Shown in pieces: positions 37,060 to 49,990 of a DNA stretch of 64,000 bases. Source of the stretch: Albugo candida (lineage: Eukaryota); the NCBI GenBank assembly GCA_040437565.1, contig JBDOQK010000021.1:248001-312000 (forward strand). Direction: 5' to 3'. Each line of letters starts with the position of its first letter. The stretch's first letter is position 1. The position numbers and the translations under genes are program-made. The notes beneath the pieces are model-generated. The model saw nothing but the letters and a program-made list of their open reading frames with translations. It searched no databases and was not told where the DNA came from.

Positions 37060-40000
37060 ATCTATGGGCCTATGCATGAATTTGCGTGGAGAATTTCTGG
37101 CGCTTAAAGCAGTATATACCATGTTCATCAAGTGCCGTGAGGTAATCCTGCGTGACGCATTTCTAGTTTTAGCAACATCGAAATCTCCATGTCAACAACG
37201 TTTCGAATTGATCCTTCGTTTCAAAGTTAATGCTTGTCTACATTGTTTTGAGAAGATGGTGCATTGAGTCAATGATCCTTAAAAATGCGTGTGAGAGTGC
37301 GCCTTGGCCTGCTTCAGTAGCTTTTGTTCGACCATATTTGGAAAGTGGACGGTGTCGTCACCTGATGACGACACCGTCAGAACTTTACAATACAATGGAA
37401 TGTGATGAAGAGTTTCTGCTTCCAAATGGAGAGAGTCTAAAAATATAGCTCAAGGGAAACGCCGATTTTGTAGTACGCGTCGATGGTGAGATTTTCGTCG
37501 CATCAAGCTAACAGACGTCTACTACTCGGCAGATCTTCCGTGGAATATAATTCGTATGGAAGAATTAAAGAAAAAGACTGTGACCTACGTTATGATGGAC
37601 GCACGTGCTCGATGGTCCGACGCAGCGACGGTTTCAAGATCTTATTTTGACAAGGACAAAAATAATGTATTGGTGTTACGTGCTGTGATCGAGGATGTAG
37701 TTGGACTTGGTGCCAGGAAAGATGAAAACTGCGTATTTGCAGCTCTCGCTCAAGCTATCAATTCAACAATTCCGATACACAAGCGGGAATTCTACTGGAT
37801 TTTCACTTGCTCTTTGCACATCTAGCTTATGACACCATCGAGAAGATGGCAAACGACCCAGAGAGCGTCATATTTCTTACGAATAAGGAAAGGCCACGTA
37901 CATAACATGCTCACAGGGCAAACAGACACGCAATAATCAGTCGACCAAAGACACTGGAATAAATGCTCCTATGGACCGAGTAGGTGGCGTTATCTTTAGC
38001 GATATCAAGGGTTCAATCACTCCAATCAACAGGTGTGGAAATAGGTGCCTTATAATTTCGTGGATCACAAAAGCAACTACTGCCGTGTGTTTCTGGCAAA
38101 AACGAAGGACAAGACGACCAAGTCATTTGAGAACTTTCTCGTATACTTTGAGAAGCGCTTCAACTGTAGGATTCACTGCCTATGCACCGATGGTGGAGGC
38201 GAGTACAGGGTCGTCGACCCGTTTTGTGAAAATCCGGAGTGCGACGTGAGGTATCGGAAGCGGGAAATCAAGCGTCGAATGGGAAGCCGGAGCGTCTGGA
38301 TCAAACAGTGATGAACATGGTGCGATCCAAGATTTTTGGATCAGGGTTGCCATTGAGTTTTTGGAGTGACGCTGCAGATATGCGTCTTACATTCTCAGCC
38401 GCAGAACAACGCGAGGAAATGAGATTTGCGCTTCGCCGATTGAAGTTTTGACGGGTTCCAGCCCAAAGCTGACGGATATTGTTATTTTTGGCTCCCCGTG
38501 CACCGCAATCCGGACCCCGAAGCATAAGACTCTCGATCTGCGTGGAGTAAAAGGCCCTATTATTGGCAAGAGCGACAAAGCGTACAAGGTTCTTTTCACC
38601 AAGGATCGTGTGGTACGAACAACGCAACATGTCAGAAATATTAAGACCGTCAGCGAGGATGCAAACGCGCAACTTGTTCTTCAAATAAATGCAAACAACG
38701 CGGAAGACGCTAACAGAAAGAAGACCGCTGATCCCATATACATTACCGTCGAGGCAACAGCTGAAACGTGTACGTCTAGTGACACACTACCAGACTCAAG
38801 TAGAGATGTTGGACATCGGGAGGAGCCACGAGTGGGATCAGGGAAGGTCAAGAAGCGCGGCAAGCGTGGCGGAAGAAGAAGTAATCTGAACAAATCGTCA
38901 GTCAATCAGCCATCATTGACCATGAGGACGAGAAATAATGGGACAAAGATCCCGCCACGCGAGATTATTCGTGCTGTTTATCGTGTGGATTTGAAGAATT
39001 GGGGAGAAGCCATGAATAGTGACAATATTGTGGAGTGGGAGCGCGCTGCTGAGTCGTAGATAGATTCACTACAGGCCAATGACACGTGAGAGATGGTATT
39101 TCGCATGGATGAAATATGCCCTCTTCACACAAAGTGGGTGTTCAAGAGAAATAGAGATGCTGACGGAACGTCGAGCGCTACAAGCACGGATGGTGGCATA
39201 TGGGAATGGGAATTCGTGTGGTAAAAATCATAAACTAACATTAGCTGCCGTTGTAGACATGACTACTGGGAAGGTTATCCTTGCATTATCCGAGATATGG
39301 GGTGTACCCGCACGCCATGGGGACGTGCCTAATGCATATGTCAAGCTCTCCACTGAACCGGACCTGGAAATTTACCTATAAGATCCACAAGGTATGAAAG
39401 AGAGTGAGATGGAGCTACAGCGATGTGATGCTCAGCCCACAAAATAAGTGGTGCTTCGACTTCAGTGCAGCCTTTATGGATTAAAACAAGCTGAATGACA
39501 CTGGGTGCAGCCTCTACATTCAGAACTACTTCGTGTCGGATTCGTACTTTGTGTCACAGACTCATGTCTCTACTACAAAGGTGATCACGATGGAAAGACT
39601 GTCGTAGGAGTAAATGTTGACGATTTGCTGGTGACCAGGACATCGAAGATTCGAGTTAATGATGTATTCAAACATTTAACAACGCTCCATATCAAGGACC
39701 TGGGCGTCGTTAGCAACTTTCTAGTGATGCGACTTACTCATTATCCGGAGTTTGTTTAAAGATTGGCCAAGAACCGATTATCGAGCTATTATTAAAGTTC
39801 GGTCTGCAAGATGCGCACTACGTGACGACACCAATCCGGCTCGCTCATGATACTAAAACGCGGAAAGCTGACCCGATTCTACCTGGGATGGGCCAGTCGG
39901 ATCAACATCGCTTAAACAGGATCAGTTGATCATGGGATCGCTGTTATGGTTCGCTCGATGCACACGAGCGAACATTGTTAATGCTGTGCACCGAGCTACG

Positions 40001-40835
40001 CGTCGAGTCCATGCACCTACGGTGAGTAACTGGCAATTAAGCAAAATAATTGCCGGGTATCGAAAGAAACGTCAAGTTTTAGCTTGGACAGAAACAGGTT
40101 CAGCAAATAACTATTGCGCAAATATAAAGCGCAAGCGATGCGGACTTTGCAGGGGACAAGATTAGCCGCAAGTCGGTAAGCGGAGCGATCTTTCGTGGGG
40201 GTGACATGATAGTGGGCTGGGCGTGCTGCAAGCAATCATAAGCATCTATATCGGCTAAGGAAGCGAAGTTCACGTCGGCTTCACATGCCGGTCAAGAGCT
40301 CCTCGGACTACGCGAGCTAATTGTTGAACTGAGGGTAAACGTGGAATTACCTATGCGGATGGAGATAGACAATCAAGCAGCTATCCGCCAGATGGAAAAC
40401 GAAGAAAGCTCGATGCGAGCGAATCACATGGACATTAAGCTCAAGTTCATCAAAGATTGCTCTGAAGGGGGCATCGTAAAGCACTGTTATATGCACACCG
40501 AAGAGATAGCGGCTGATTTGGTTACAAAGGCATCTAGCGCTGTTCGACTACAACATTTGATGGGACTATGCTCGCTGATACGCGAAACTATCAAGGATTA
40601 GGAATTGATTGAGCTAACAAACACACGGCGCCGTGAGGAAGGAGTGTTGGAAAGTATCGACTCCACATTGCTATCCGTCGGACGTTTTAATAAAACGATC
40701 CAAGAATCTAAATAGTGGTTTCGTAACTAAGAAATGTCGTAGGAAGAGATACTAACGGTCATACATAATATAAATATTTCTATTTTGCCCTCCCTTCAGT
40801 GAAGTAACTTTCCATTCTATGCGGCATTTTCGACA
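37060..40835 (+). mobile_element. Ty1/Copia LTR retrotransposon relic, 5' truncated
   Basis: Protease relic (LESGRCRHL), integrase (FVDHKSNYC, TDGGGEY, ASNGKPER), RT (HGDVPNAYV, LYGLKQA, VNVDDLLV), RNase H (IDNQAAI...HMDIK). PPT GAGGAAGGAG and 3' LTR 40645-40835 (TGTTGGAAA...TTTTCGACA). Confidence 0.93.
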
Positions 40836-41464
40836 TTCATTTTGTATATTCGTATCTTGAACAATTTCTAAATATGTCCTACACATCGCCTCAAAAATAT
40901 TATGGTCTTCTGTAGATTTTCATACGATACTTTGTTGAACGCGGATAGAAATATTGACATAATAACCAATAAGTACATGAAAACATCGTGATCCTACTAT
41001 GTAGAAGCTGTGCTGCTTCTTTTGCAGCCATTGCCCCAGTACTTCAGCATATGAATGCATTTCTATGGTACTGCGCCTTCGTGGCTTCAGCATTGGTCGG
41101 CGCATACTTTTGAGTGTTTTTCTTACAACATACTCAGCAGTACCCTTACCTTTCTGTCGCGTTTGTGAATGGATAAACAGTAATTAAGCCTTTTACTCTT
41201 GCGTCCCATGCAAAGTAGTGCACTTTTCCGCGATATGAAATAGTAGAATAGAGGAAAAGCTGAAAGAACGCTTCGTAAGTAAGAACTCGGCAATATATCC
41301 TCTTAAATTCTCTGCCAAGCCCAGATGAAGCTGAGTGTGACCTGGACGCTAGAGATCCTTGTACTGTGGACAGTGTGAGAAGATTTAGTCAGAAGCGCTC
41401 GGTAGAGATCTCAGATCTTTGAATTGGTGCCTGTGAACCGACCTGTTGAAATTAATCCTGAATT

Positions 41465-41751
41465 GGGGGGGGGGTGAGAATGGCCAAAGGGGTGTGTGAA
41501 TATAGGCGCTGCCTTAAAATAAATAAAACAATTCCCCTTTTGATCAGTTCGAGTCAAATGTCTGTTTAAGGCGTCTCAGATCTTGTGCACTTTGTGTTGT
41601 GTTGTCGATTCCCTGAATCGTTAGGTCCCTTGAATATAGACCTTAAGCTTTTAAGCTTGTTGACTCGTTGAGTCGAGTTCTTTTAAAGAACTAAAGTGCT
41701 CGTCGAGTAGATAGCTTTCCTCTGGCAAGGAGCTATAGTAGCTCCGCTACA
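41465..41751 (+). mobile_element. 3' end of an LTR element (G10 PPT + LTR 41475-41751) abutting a partner-gene fragment
   Basis: G10 tract then TGAGAA...AATAAA...CTCCGCTACA; sequence from 41752 resumes partner-gene homology (GTTGAGATCACGAGTTTGTGACAATAAC). Confidence 0.55.
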
Positions 41752-44639
41752 GTTGAGATCACGAGTTTGTGACAATAACATACCTAACGAGATTCAGAAT
41801 CTGAAGTTCCTTGGGGGTACGTTCATGTCATCCATTCATAATCAGAACCTTCTGCTTTTTTTTTATGAAAAGCTAAAGAAAGCTTCAGATGTCAAAATTA
41901 CCGCACAGAAATCTTCTGTGACTAACACAAGCAGCTCGAGCACTGTTAGAAGTACTATGTCGTACCGGTTGATAGGGAACTTCTAACTAACAAATGGTTG
42001 TTAAAGAATAAGCGCGTAAGAATATAATTTGTGAGTCTGTACATACGTGTCACCGTTCTGTTCCAGTTTCAAGGATGAAGTATATGTGGATTTTTCATAT
42101 GGTCTAGCATATCACTCAAAGTGATCGTAAGTTTATACTGACAATAAGTAAATGATCACATCATCAAAGAAGCCTTGCCTATGCAGGTGCAGCATTATTC
42201 GGATACACCGATGTATGAGTCTTTTTCTACAGGATTGCGTCTCAACGATTGCCATTAGTAATGCTCATGACGTCAGCACATCAGCGCCTACTTTTATTCA
42301 AATAGGTAGACAAGCTGGATGGCTGAGTTATTCCAGCGAATATGTGTGATTATAAAACTTCATGATATTCCATCGCAAAGTCTGCATTTGCATAGTATAA
42401 AACCGATTACGGCAGCAAGAAAAATGTACCATGGGTGAATCTACGACTACTGTGAATGAGAAGCTGAAAGAACCTTGGTTGAAGTTGATCTCAAGCGCTT
42501 TAGAATTCACACATTCTGCTGTATTCAAACAATATTCGAAAAAGTACCAGTATCTTCTTCGTGCGTTTGTAATTGACCAGGATGTAGTCTAATCAGTTAG
42601 TACGAATGCTTGCTACTACTACGTGCCATGCGAAGTCGTGTAGTATTATGCTTCATTCAGTTCATCATTTGACGCTTAAACACTGGCAATCACTTTCTCG
42701 TGCGACTTCTCGTATTTTAGCAAGCTTTTGAATTTTATGCCAAGTAGAAGGAATGTTCCTTTTGTAAAAACATATAAAAATATCTACTCAGCAACAAGTA
42801 ATACTCGGGTAGCAGCAAGCCAATAGATTATACAAATGGATTTATATTAAAGTTTTAATGGTGAAAGATCGTGTTTTCTGTTTAGCCCGTATGTAGACGA
42901 TTCTGGTCTACATATCCTTAAATAGGACACATAGATCCTTTGCTGCGCTCCATCACTAGCAGCGTAGTAAAACGCTTCGACAATGAACGTATGTGTGTTC
43001 CATGACGCAATGTCACTTCGCGGTAAAGATACAAGCATTTGGCTGTGGAAATCTGGTCGCAACCACTTCTAAGATCGTTTGTCAGGTCAGCTCCAAGCGT
43101 GAAGCAAGTCTTCAAGCTAGAATTGAATAACCCTTATATAATACAGCTATAGTTCACATGATTAAATGATGCAACTTGCGAGGCAATTTTCGAAGTGTTT
43201 CGATGAAGGTCTCTTTCTTTTTGAATCGGTGATGCCTCGATTACGATCGGTTCCGGTTTCGAAAACGAGAAATGACTCAACCGTATATCGTTGTCAGCAG
43301 TAGAGTCCGTTCTAATATTTCATACACTGTCCCAAATATATCTCTAGCAATTATAATATGAGCAAGCTATACTTGGACACCACGTGATAATAGAGCCTGG
43401 ACGTACCGTTGAGATAATTCATTAGAGCATATGAACACTCATCTAGCGGTACCACGTGAATCAATTTACTTTGACACAGATATTTTCTTATATTTTATGC
43501 GTAGTCCACTATGCTTGCATGGGCAGAACTGTAGGTGATTCTCAAATTCTTGCTTGCTAGTAATATACTCGGCCTTCTTTACAATTCACAACAATACTTC
43601 ATGTTACTATATGACCTGTCAAAAAGATGTATGGCTACCGATTAACACTCTGGACGATGCATCTTGATATTGAAAGTGACTACGATATTCTTGCAATTTT
43701 GATTGAGTTGAATGATATGTTCAGTGATCAATGGGATATCTGATATAAATGCAAGATGCAGCTACTTTGTAATTAGACAGACTTCGATTAATGTTGAAAA
43801 TCGTCTTCGGCGTCTATATAAGCACAATATCTGCCAAAAAAAGGTTCGAGATCCAACACTTCCTAGCATCAATATCGATACGTACGGAATTTGACCTTCC
43901 CACCCACTATCATTGACACGAATCTGAATTGTATAAAGTGAACAAGTTTTTTTTATATACTTGACTCTATCTCATTGAACCAAGATCGCTTATAAGAGAC
44001 ACCATAATGCCAACCATACTAATTCCAGACCAGCCCGAAGCTGCATATGCGGGATCCTATCATGCGAACAATGCCTTACTGTGCCATAATAAAGAAGCCG
44101 TGTTGGTACGCACACAATCATTGCCCCGTACACCTATTCTAAATATGTGCCTACTCAGCTGTTTCCGCATAAAGAGCGAGTCCGTTATCGAACTCACGAT
44201 TCAAATCCAATTAGCGTTTTTCTCTTCAAATTCATTCAGTACTCTTAATGATGTGCTGTGTCCTGAGAAAACTATGGTCATGAATTGATTTTATTTTGCG
44301 AGTTGTAGACCCTAATGCTACAGTCATGCTTTGCAGTATACATCGTCATCTAATTTTGAGCATTAGCGAGAGCGCGCAAATCCATTTTATCGCTGGGATT
44401 TGAGCACTGATCACAGTCGTGGCCAAAACGCTTTACTATATGAATAGAAAATAGAACACTGATGCGAAACAATTTTCCTTTTGAGTTTTTTTGGCTTCAA
44501 CTATCAGTTTGCTAGAAAAAACTGAGATTGGAAGTAAAGTAGTGTTATGAAGGAGACATGAGACCAATTCGTGAAAAGAAGAGAAGATTTGATATTGAAA
44601 AAGCTTATCAGATGGCCTATCTCTTTAGAGGAGCCATTA

Positions 44640-45168
44640 TAGATCAGTCACTTTATGTAAAGGTTCATGAGAAACCGAGAAATTTAAAATAGGTATTTGA
44701 GATGACTCGGATTGTTCTTTGCAATCAGCTGAGGATCCACTGGTTTCTCCGGCACAGACTTGACCATTGTGTTATAAGTACCTGTAAAGTATTCTTGTAT
44801 AGCTTCCGGACGGCCTTCCCCGGGGTGACCGGTAAAGATATCTGCTACTACTTCAGCGATTTCTACCATATTCAAGTTCGCAACATAGTTGATGGTGGAC
44901 TCTACTCGATCAGAAGGTTGAGAAAAAGTTGTGAGGATTTTCTGAAGGATCTCATTGGTTAGCCTATTGCAATCTTGCCTTTGTTTGTACCCATGCAATT
45001 GTCGCGGAAGTCTTTATTTTCAGAGAATTGCGAAGGACAATCGTATCCAGTGAATGTGAACGCAGTTTCAGGCTGCTGGCTTTCAGCATCTGGACTGGAT
45101 CGCACAGAAACCTCTGCAAATGCAAAAGTGGTTAGGCTGAAAACGGCAGCGTAGTTGATGAAGACCAT
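44640..45168 (-). pseudogene. Frameshifted secreted-protein family member
   Basis: Signal peptide MVFINYAAVFSLTTFAFA; C-x13-C; frameshift near 44980 into QDCNRLTNEILQKIL...EIAEVVADIFTG; second shift into ISRFLMNLYIK*. Family promoter motif at about 45274-45296. Confidence 0.75.
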
Positions 45169-45621
45169 GAGATAGTTAGCTGGCTACTGGGGGATCGAAA
45201 GCAAATGGACTTGTGACTTTGACTCCTGCGCTCAAATTACTTTGATCAAGAGTGTATGATCGCACATTCTTTCCATCCAGCTGTCATTACGTCATTTTGA
45301 CAAGACCTACGCGTATCTAAGATTGTACAGTAATATGACGTGTATTGTAAAGGTCCTTACTCTGATACACGTATTGGTCTTCCCGTGTGAGGTAGCGTTG
45401 TATTTGCGTCATCTTGCTGAGTAGCTATCGAGCGCAAATTTGTACGCCGAATATAGAATGCTATTATCATCACCTTGAGAGATGTTTGTCATGTAAGATA
45501 TCCAACTATAGACCGAAGGGAAGATTTGATAGGACTTGAGTACAAGCAGCTATAAAAGCTACCGATGTTTGGACAATCATCTGTTAATCAATCGATGGAA
45601 GACATCAAATGAGTACGTTCT

Positions 45622-46194
45622 TTATTGGTTTGTGCGCAAATAGTGTTCATTAAGCTCCGCGTGCACCAAAAGCGGAGGGGAGACTTTGTCAAGGTTTAGA
45701 TAATCGAAGTACTGGATTGTCAAGGATACCAACGCGTCAACAGGCTTTGGAACGAAGTGTGTGTGTTTCAAAACGTTCACGGCCTTCACATCAATGACCT
45801 GTATCAACCTTTCTTCATATTCACTAATGCCTGCTATGTCATTGAAATATGCTGCAATAGATTCAGTCACGTTCATATCATTCCGGGTGTTCCATACTGT
45901 ACCTGTAAGATTCTCCAAAAGCTCTTGAGACAGAAATCACTGTTCAAAGCTTCCCCTAGAGCTAATCCGTCTTCGACCGCCTTGTAAAGATATTTCTGCA
46001 CGAATGCTATGCTTTTTCCGATACAGAGTGTCATTTATCGATATAGCAAGCGCTACATTCCAATTATTGCGCGTAGTCGTAGCGGTGGTCTCATCACTAT
46101 TGCGCATGACATAGTAGTATTCAGAATTAAGCGATAAGCCAGTGCACCTGCCATTATTAAGTCATTACTGGCGATGGGAGATGGTTAAGGTCAT
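45622..46194 (-). pseudogene. Decayed gene, possibly a secreted protein
   Basis: 98-aa open segment 45622-45918; upstream broken frames contain LIMAGALA and LECSACYIDK*. Confidence 0.25.
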
Positions 46195-49100
46195 ATGTTT
46201 TTGTCGTGGCTACTTGAAGAGCTGAAAGCCCTAACTCTTTACTGCAGTTTTTCTCACTTCGTAATTTGGACATAGCTTCACATTAAGCCACCGAACCAGC
46301 GGAAGACACAAAGCTACAACAGTCTTACTCAAACAAGCTGCGAAGCGATACACCTGCACACTCGTCCATTTATTTCCGAGCAGACTCGTTTTTTGACACT
46401 TCTTGAGCATATACTAAATCAAAATAGCTGGCTAATTACTGGAGACTAAAAAATAATATACCGAACGTAGAACGCCTTTAGATTGATGACAGCACTTCCG
46501 TGGGTCCCGAGGTATACTTGCTTTGGCATGGTCGCAAAGAAATGGGACGTGTATTTCAACCGAGCATTTCTTAATTGATATTACTTGATTCCAATGATTC
46601 TGTAACAGCTGAAGGGAATATAAGTACCTAAATTCAAACAATTTGACCAATATTTAGCTCAGATGATGTAGACCTGTAGTATTTCAAAACGCGTAAGATC
46701 CATACTTTTCAGCCCGAATTTGGCAGCTCGAAAAATTTTAAGATACCCATAATCGCGCTAATCTCAACACAATCCAGATTCGAGAAGATTGTGGGCCGGA
46801 AGAGACTTGAAAAGAAGTGTGTAGTTACATGAAATCTGATGAAATATCAGACGACCCAGACTCTTGTTACATATATAATCGATTTCGGTAGAAAGGCTCT
46901 CGTAGGTGCAGATTACGACGTTTGGGGAAACAGTACACGAACGAGCTCTAGAGTCTGATGTTTCTTCTAAGTTGTCTCTTTGTGTTCATGTCATAGTAAT
47001 GTTCTTCCTCTGTCTCTGATTACATAAAAAAAAAAAAAGATTCATTGGCACATTTTTTCTATGAGTGCGATGCAGCTTCTATCTCGATATACCTGTGTCT
47101 ATAGTATCAGGTTCTTACTCTTTCTTCTTGGTATTTGATAGATGCATCATTTTGAGTCGTTATGATCCGCTTTTTTCGAAGCGATTGATTCTTTTTCACG
47201 TTGGTGATATCTGCACTCCTGACTAATATTGTGCTCGTATATGATCAGCCGCAGCGGAAGGGCAGAAGGTAGATATTCCTGACAGAGCTTCATGAGACTC
47301 ATCAGGATAGTGATTAGTGTGTTGTTAAGTCAAAGCAATAAATCATAATCCTATTTGCATAGAATTCTGCCCAAAAGCTTGATTTTGGTAGTGTTTAATG
47401 ATTTGATCTTTGTTTTACTCTGGAGACTCTTACGTTGCCGATACACAATCAATTTGATCGCATTAGTCCAAATAGGATTGTCTCAATGTGATTCCGATCT
47501 GTCCTCTCCACTTACGCCTCATTGAGTGTCCATCATTAAGAGAAGTGATTCTGTGGCACCGGTGTACTGTTCAAACTCGCAACGATCAAGAGGAGCTGGA
47601 AATGAGAGGATGTGGTAAGTAAGTGGTAGCCAGTAGTATTTTTCGTCTAAATTTGAGGGAAAGAAAACAATTTATACACTTGAAGACAATCCGAGCCATT
47701 CTGGAGATTGCGCTGATTCATTTATTTTCCATACGTGTGTCAGCAATGAAACAAGTATAAAAACAGTGAGAATACGTGAGCTATATAGAAGGACCATGCA
47801 AATTGATAGGATATTCTTTCCACAGAAATATACAAAAGTCTTTGACAGACCGACTCTCATGTTCACTATCTTACAGCATGGAGTGACCCACCACAATGAT
47901 TCTCTCAAAAAATGTTAAACCATACATCTGGAATAAAAGCACACTTGAGGTCCGATGTAGAGCTCGCTTGTTGAAGGGTACTCGTTGGCTGTGATTTTCC
48001 CATTTGATTAAACTCATCCATCTCGCAGTGGAAGATTCTATTGTGATGTGCTTATTGTTGCTGCATGTTACACGTGGAATTTGATTTGACCTCTTTCCTT
48101 CCACTCTTATTGACAACGCCCAGTAGCTGCACCTGTATTAAAAGTACATCGTGCCGGCTGCATGGAGTTTCTGAACCAGAAAATATGCACAGGAATATAC
48201 AATATGTACAATAGCACATCGTAATTCCATCATGATGAAGTCTTGCTGGTAAGGTTGCACCAATTATTTCGATGCACCATGATGTGAGTAGTTTCAACAG
48301 TAATTATTCTCTCCACCAGTTCCAACCCTCACTGCCAATAATAAATGGTAACGACTTCGTATCAACATGATCGGCTTTTTTTATGAAATGTGTATGATTC
48401 TGAAGGTATATAGGCGAGTGAGTTTGTTCCCTCCTGTTAGTAAGGTGCAAATTGTAATAAAATTGAGCTGTATGGATGTAGAACGATGTCAAATGGACAG
48501 CTGTTGTGTATTGCTCTGATAAAGAACGCTTTGAGCGCAAACTTTCTTCTTCCAACGTAAGAGAAGAAAAATAAGTTAAATGAGAATGGGACGTCTGTGA
48601 GACCTGCAGTAGCGATAATCAAGCCCTACCTCGATATAGACATATATTCCATAGAAGTATCAAGCTTATCTAAAGTGCACATTTGATTCATCAAAGCCGT
48701 TGGTGAGGAACCACCTGAGATGCTGATCTTTTTGCAGCGAGCTCTGTAGCCATAAATCCTAACTATTTCTCCACCACGAGGGGCTTGTTCGATTCGTTAT
48801 TAAGATATGTCAATATTGATCAGGCGGGATCTATTGGAATGAATCTCTGAAGATTGTATCACTCGACGTGTGCTATAGTAAGTATCCATTGCCGAAGTAC
48901 TTTATTCACTTACGGGTTGTACTACTCGAGTCCATGATCTCTAATTGTGAAGAGGTTGAGTTACAGAAGAGTTTATCCATTAGGATGGAAAGCACAATAA
49001 ATTTTGGCTCAAATCAATGTTTGGAGCACTCCATTATTCAATGAGAAACCGCATATCTTACGCAGTACAGCTTCACTTCCACTTTGTATATCAATACCAT

Positions 49101-49619
49101 ATCTTTTTTGTCGCCCAACTTCAAGATCGTACAGTAATTGAACCTCTACGCACGGATGCGCACTCTCCTTATAATAGCGGTTTAATCTCCTCTTGCTTGA
49201 ATGTGTAAATCCTGCTACATGCTTTTTTATAAAATGCTTGGGGTCTATTCCACGCCACTCAATAAGATATCAAGTCAGATACTCGTCGATACAACTCGTT
49301 ACCACTGTATTTGTAACTCGCTGATTGATGCAGGTGTCATAGTATCCTTGTTTTGGGAAAATCTCAAGATAATGGCCGCATTATGTGAATCAAGTGGGAT
49401 AAAACAAAATATTCCAAAAGAGCACCAAATTGGGTGAATATCGCGTATTATAGACCCGAAAGATAGAATGAGCTGTATGTCTGCTACAAAAATTAGCTGT
49501 ACTTTTAAAGTATTGCGTCGCGAATTAGTGCATTCTATCGAGTGATATTTTTTGACTCAGTAAAATGTATTGTTGTAAAAGCTTATGAATGGAAGATTGA
49601 TATTCCAAAGCACTCTTTT

Positions 49620-49990
49620 AACTTGTCAATTGCAATGGCATAAGACAAATGCAGAAATCCTGCAAAAGATGATAACGCTTAGATCCGTCCAGCCGGGAAG
49701 ATAGGGCGTTCATATGTAAGTGAGTAGACTTAATGGAAGCTTAACGCTCCTGAACCATTTTCACATATTCTGCTGCGTCCATGGAGCCTCCTCCACTGTA
49801 GCCACCATAGACCTCTCCTGAATTTTTGAACATGTCGGAATCGGAGAAATGTACTACCTGGTTGTAACACGCGACTTGTACATATGTCGGTAAGAATCAT
49901 GCAGCCCGTATGGAAATCTGTATCACTTGCAGTTTATGCGTGGCATTTGACACGGAAATTGACCGAATTGGATCCTCCATTTGCCACTGT
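49620..49990 (-). pseudogene. Decayed secreted-protein family member
   Basis: Manual translation: VKCHA*TASDTDFHTGCMILTDIC (C-x13-C-x6-C), DAAEYVKMVQER, ISAFVLCHC. Family 3' motif at 49564-49592 is nearly identical to 34630-34658. Confidence 0.6.

Noticed and set aside
47000-49500. Short ORFs suggesting a membrane protein gene
   Set aside because: No recognisable motif or consistent frame.
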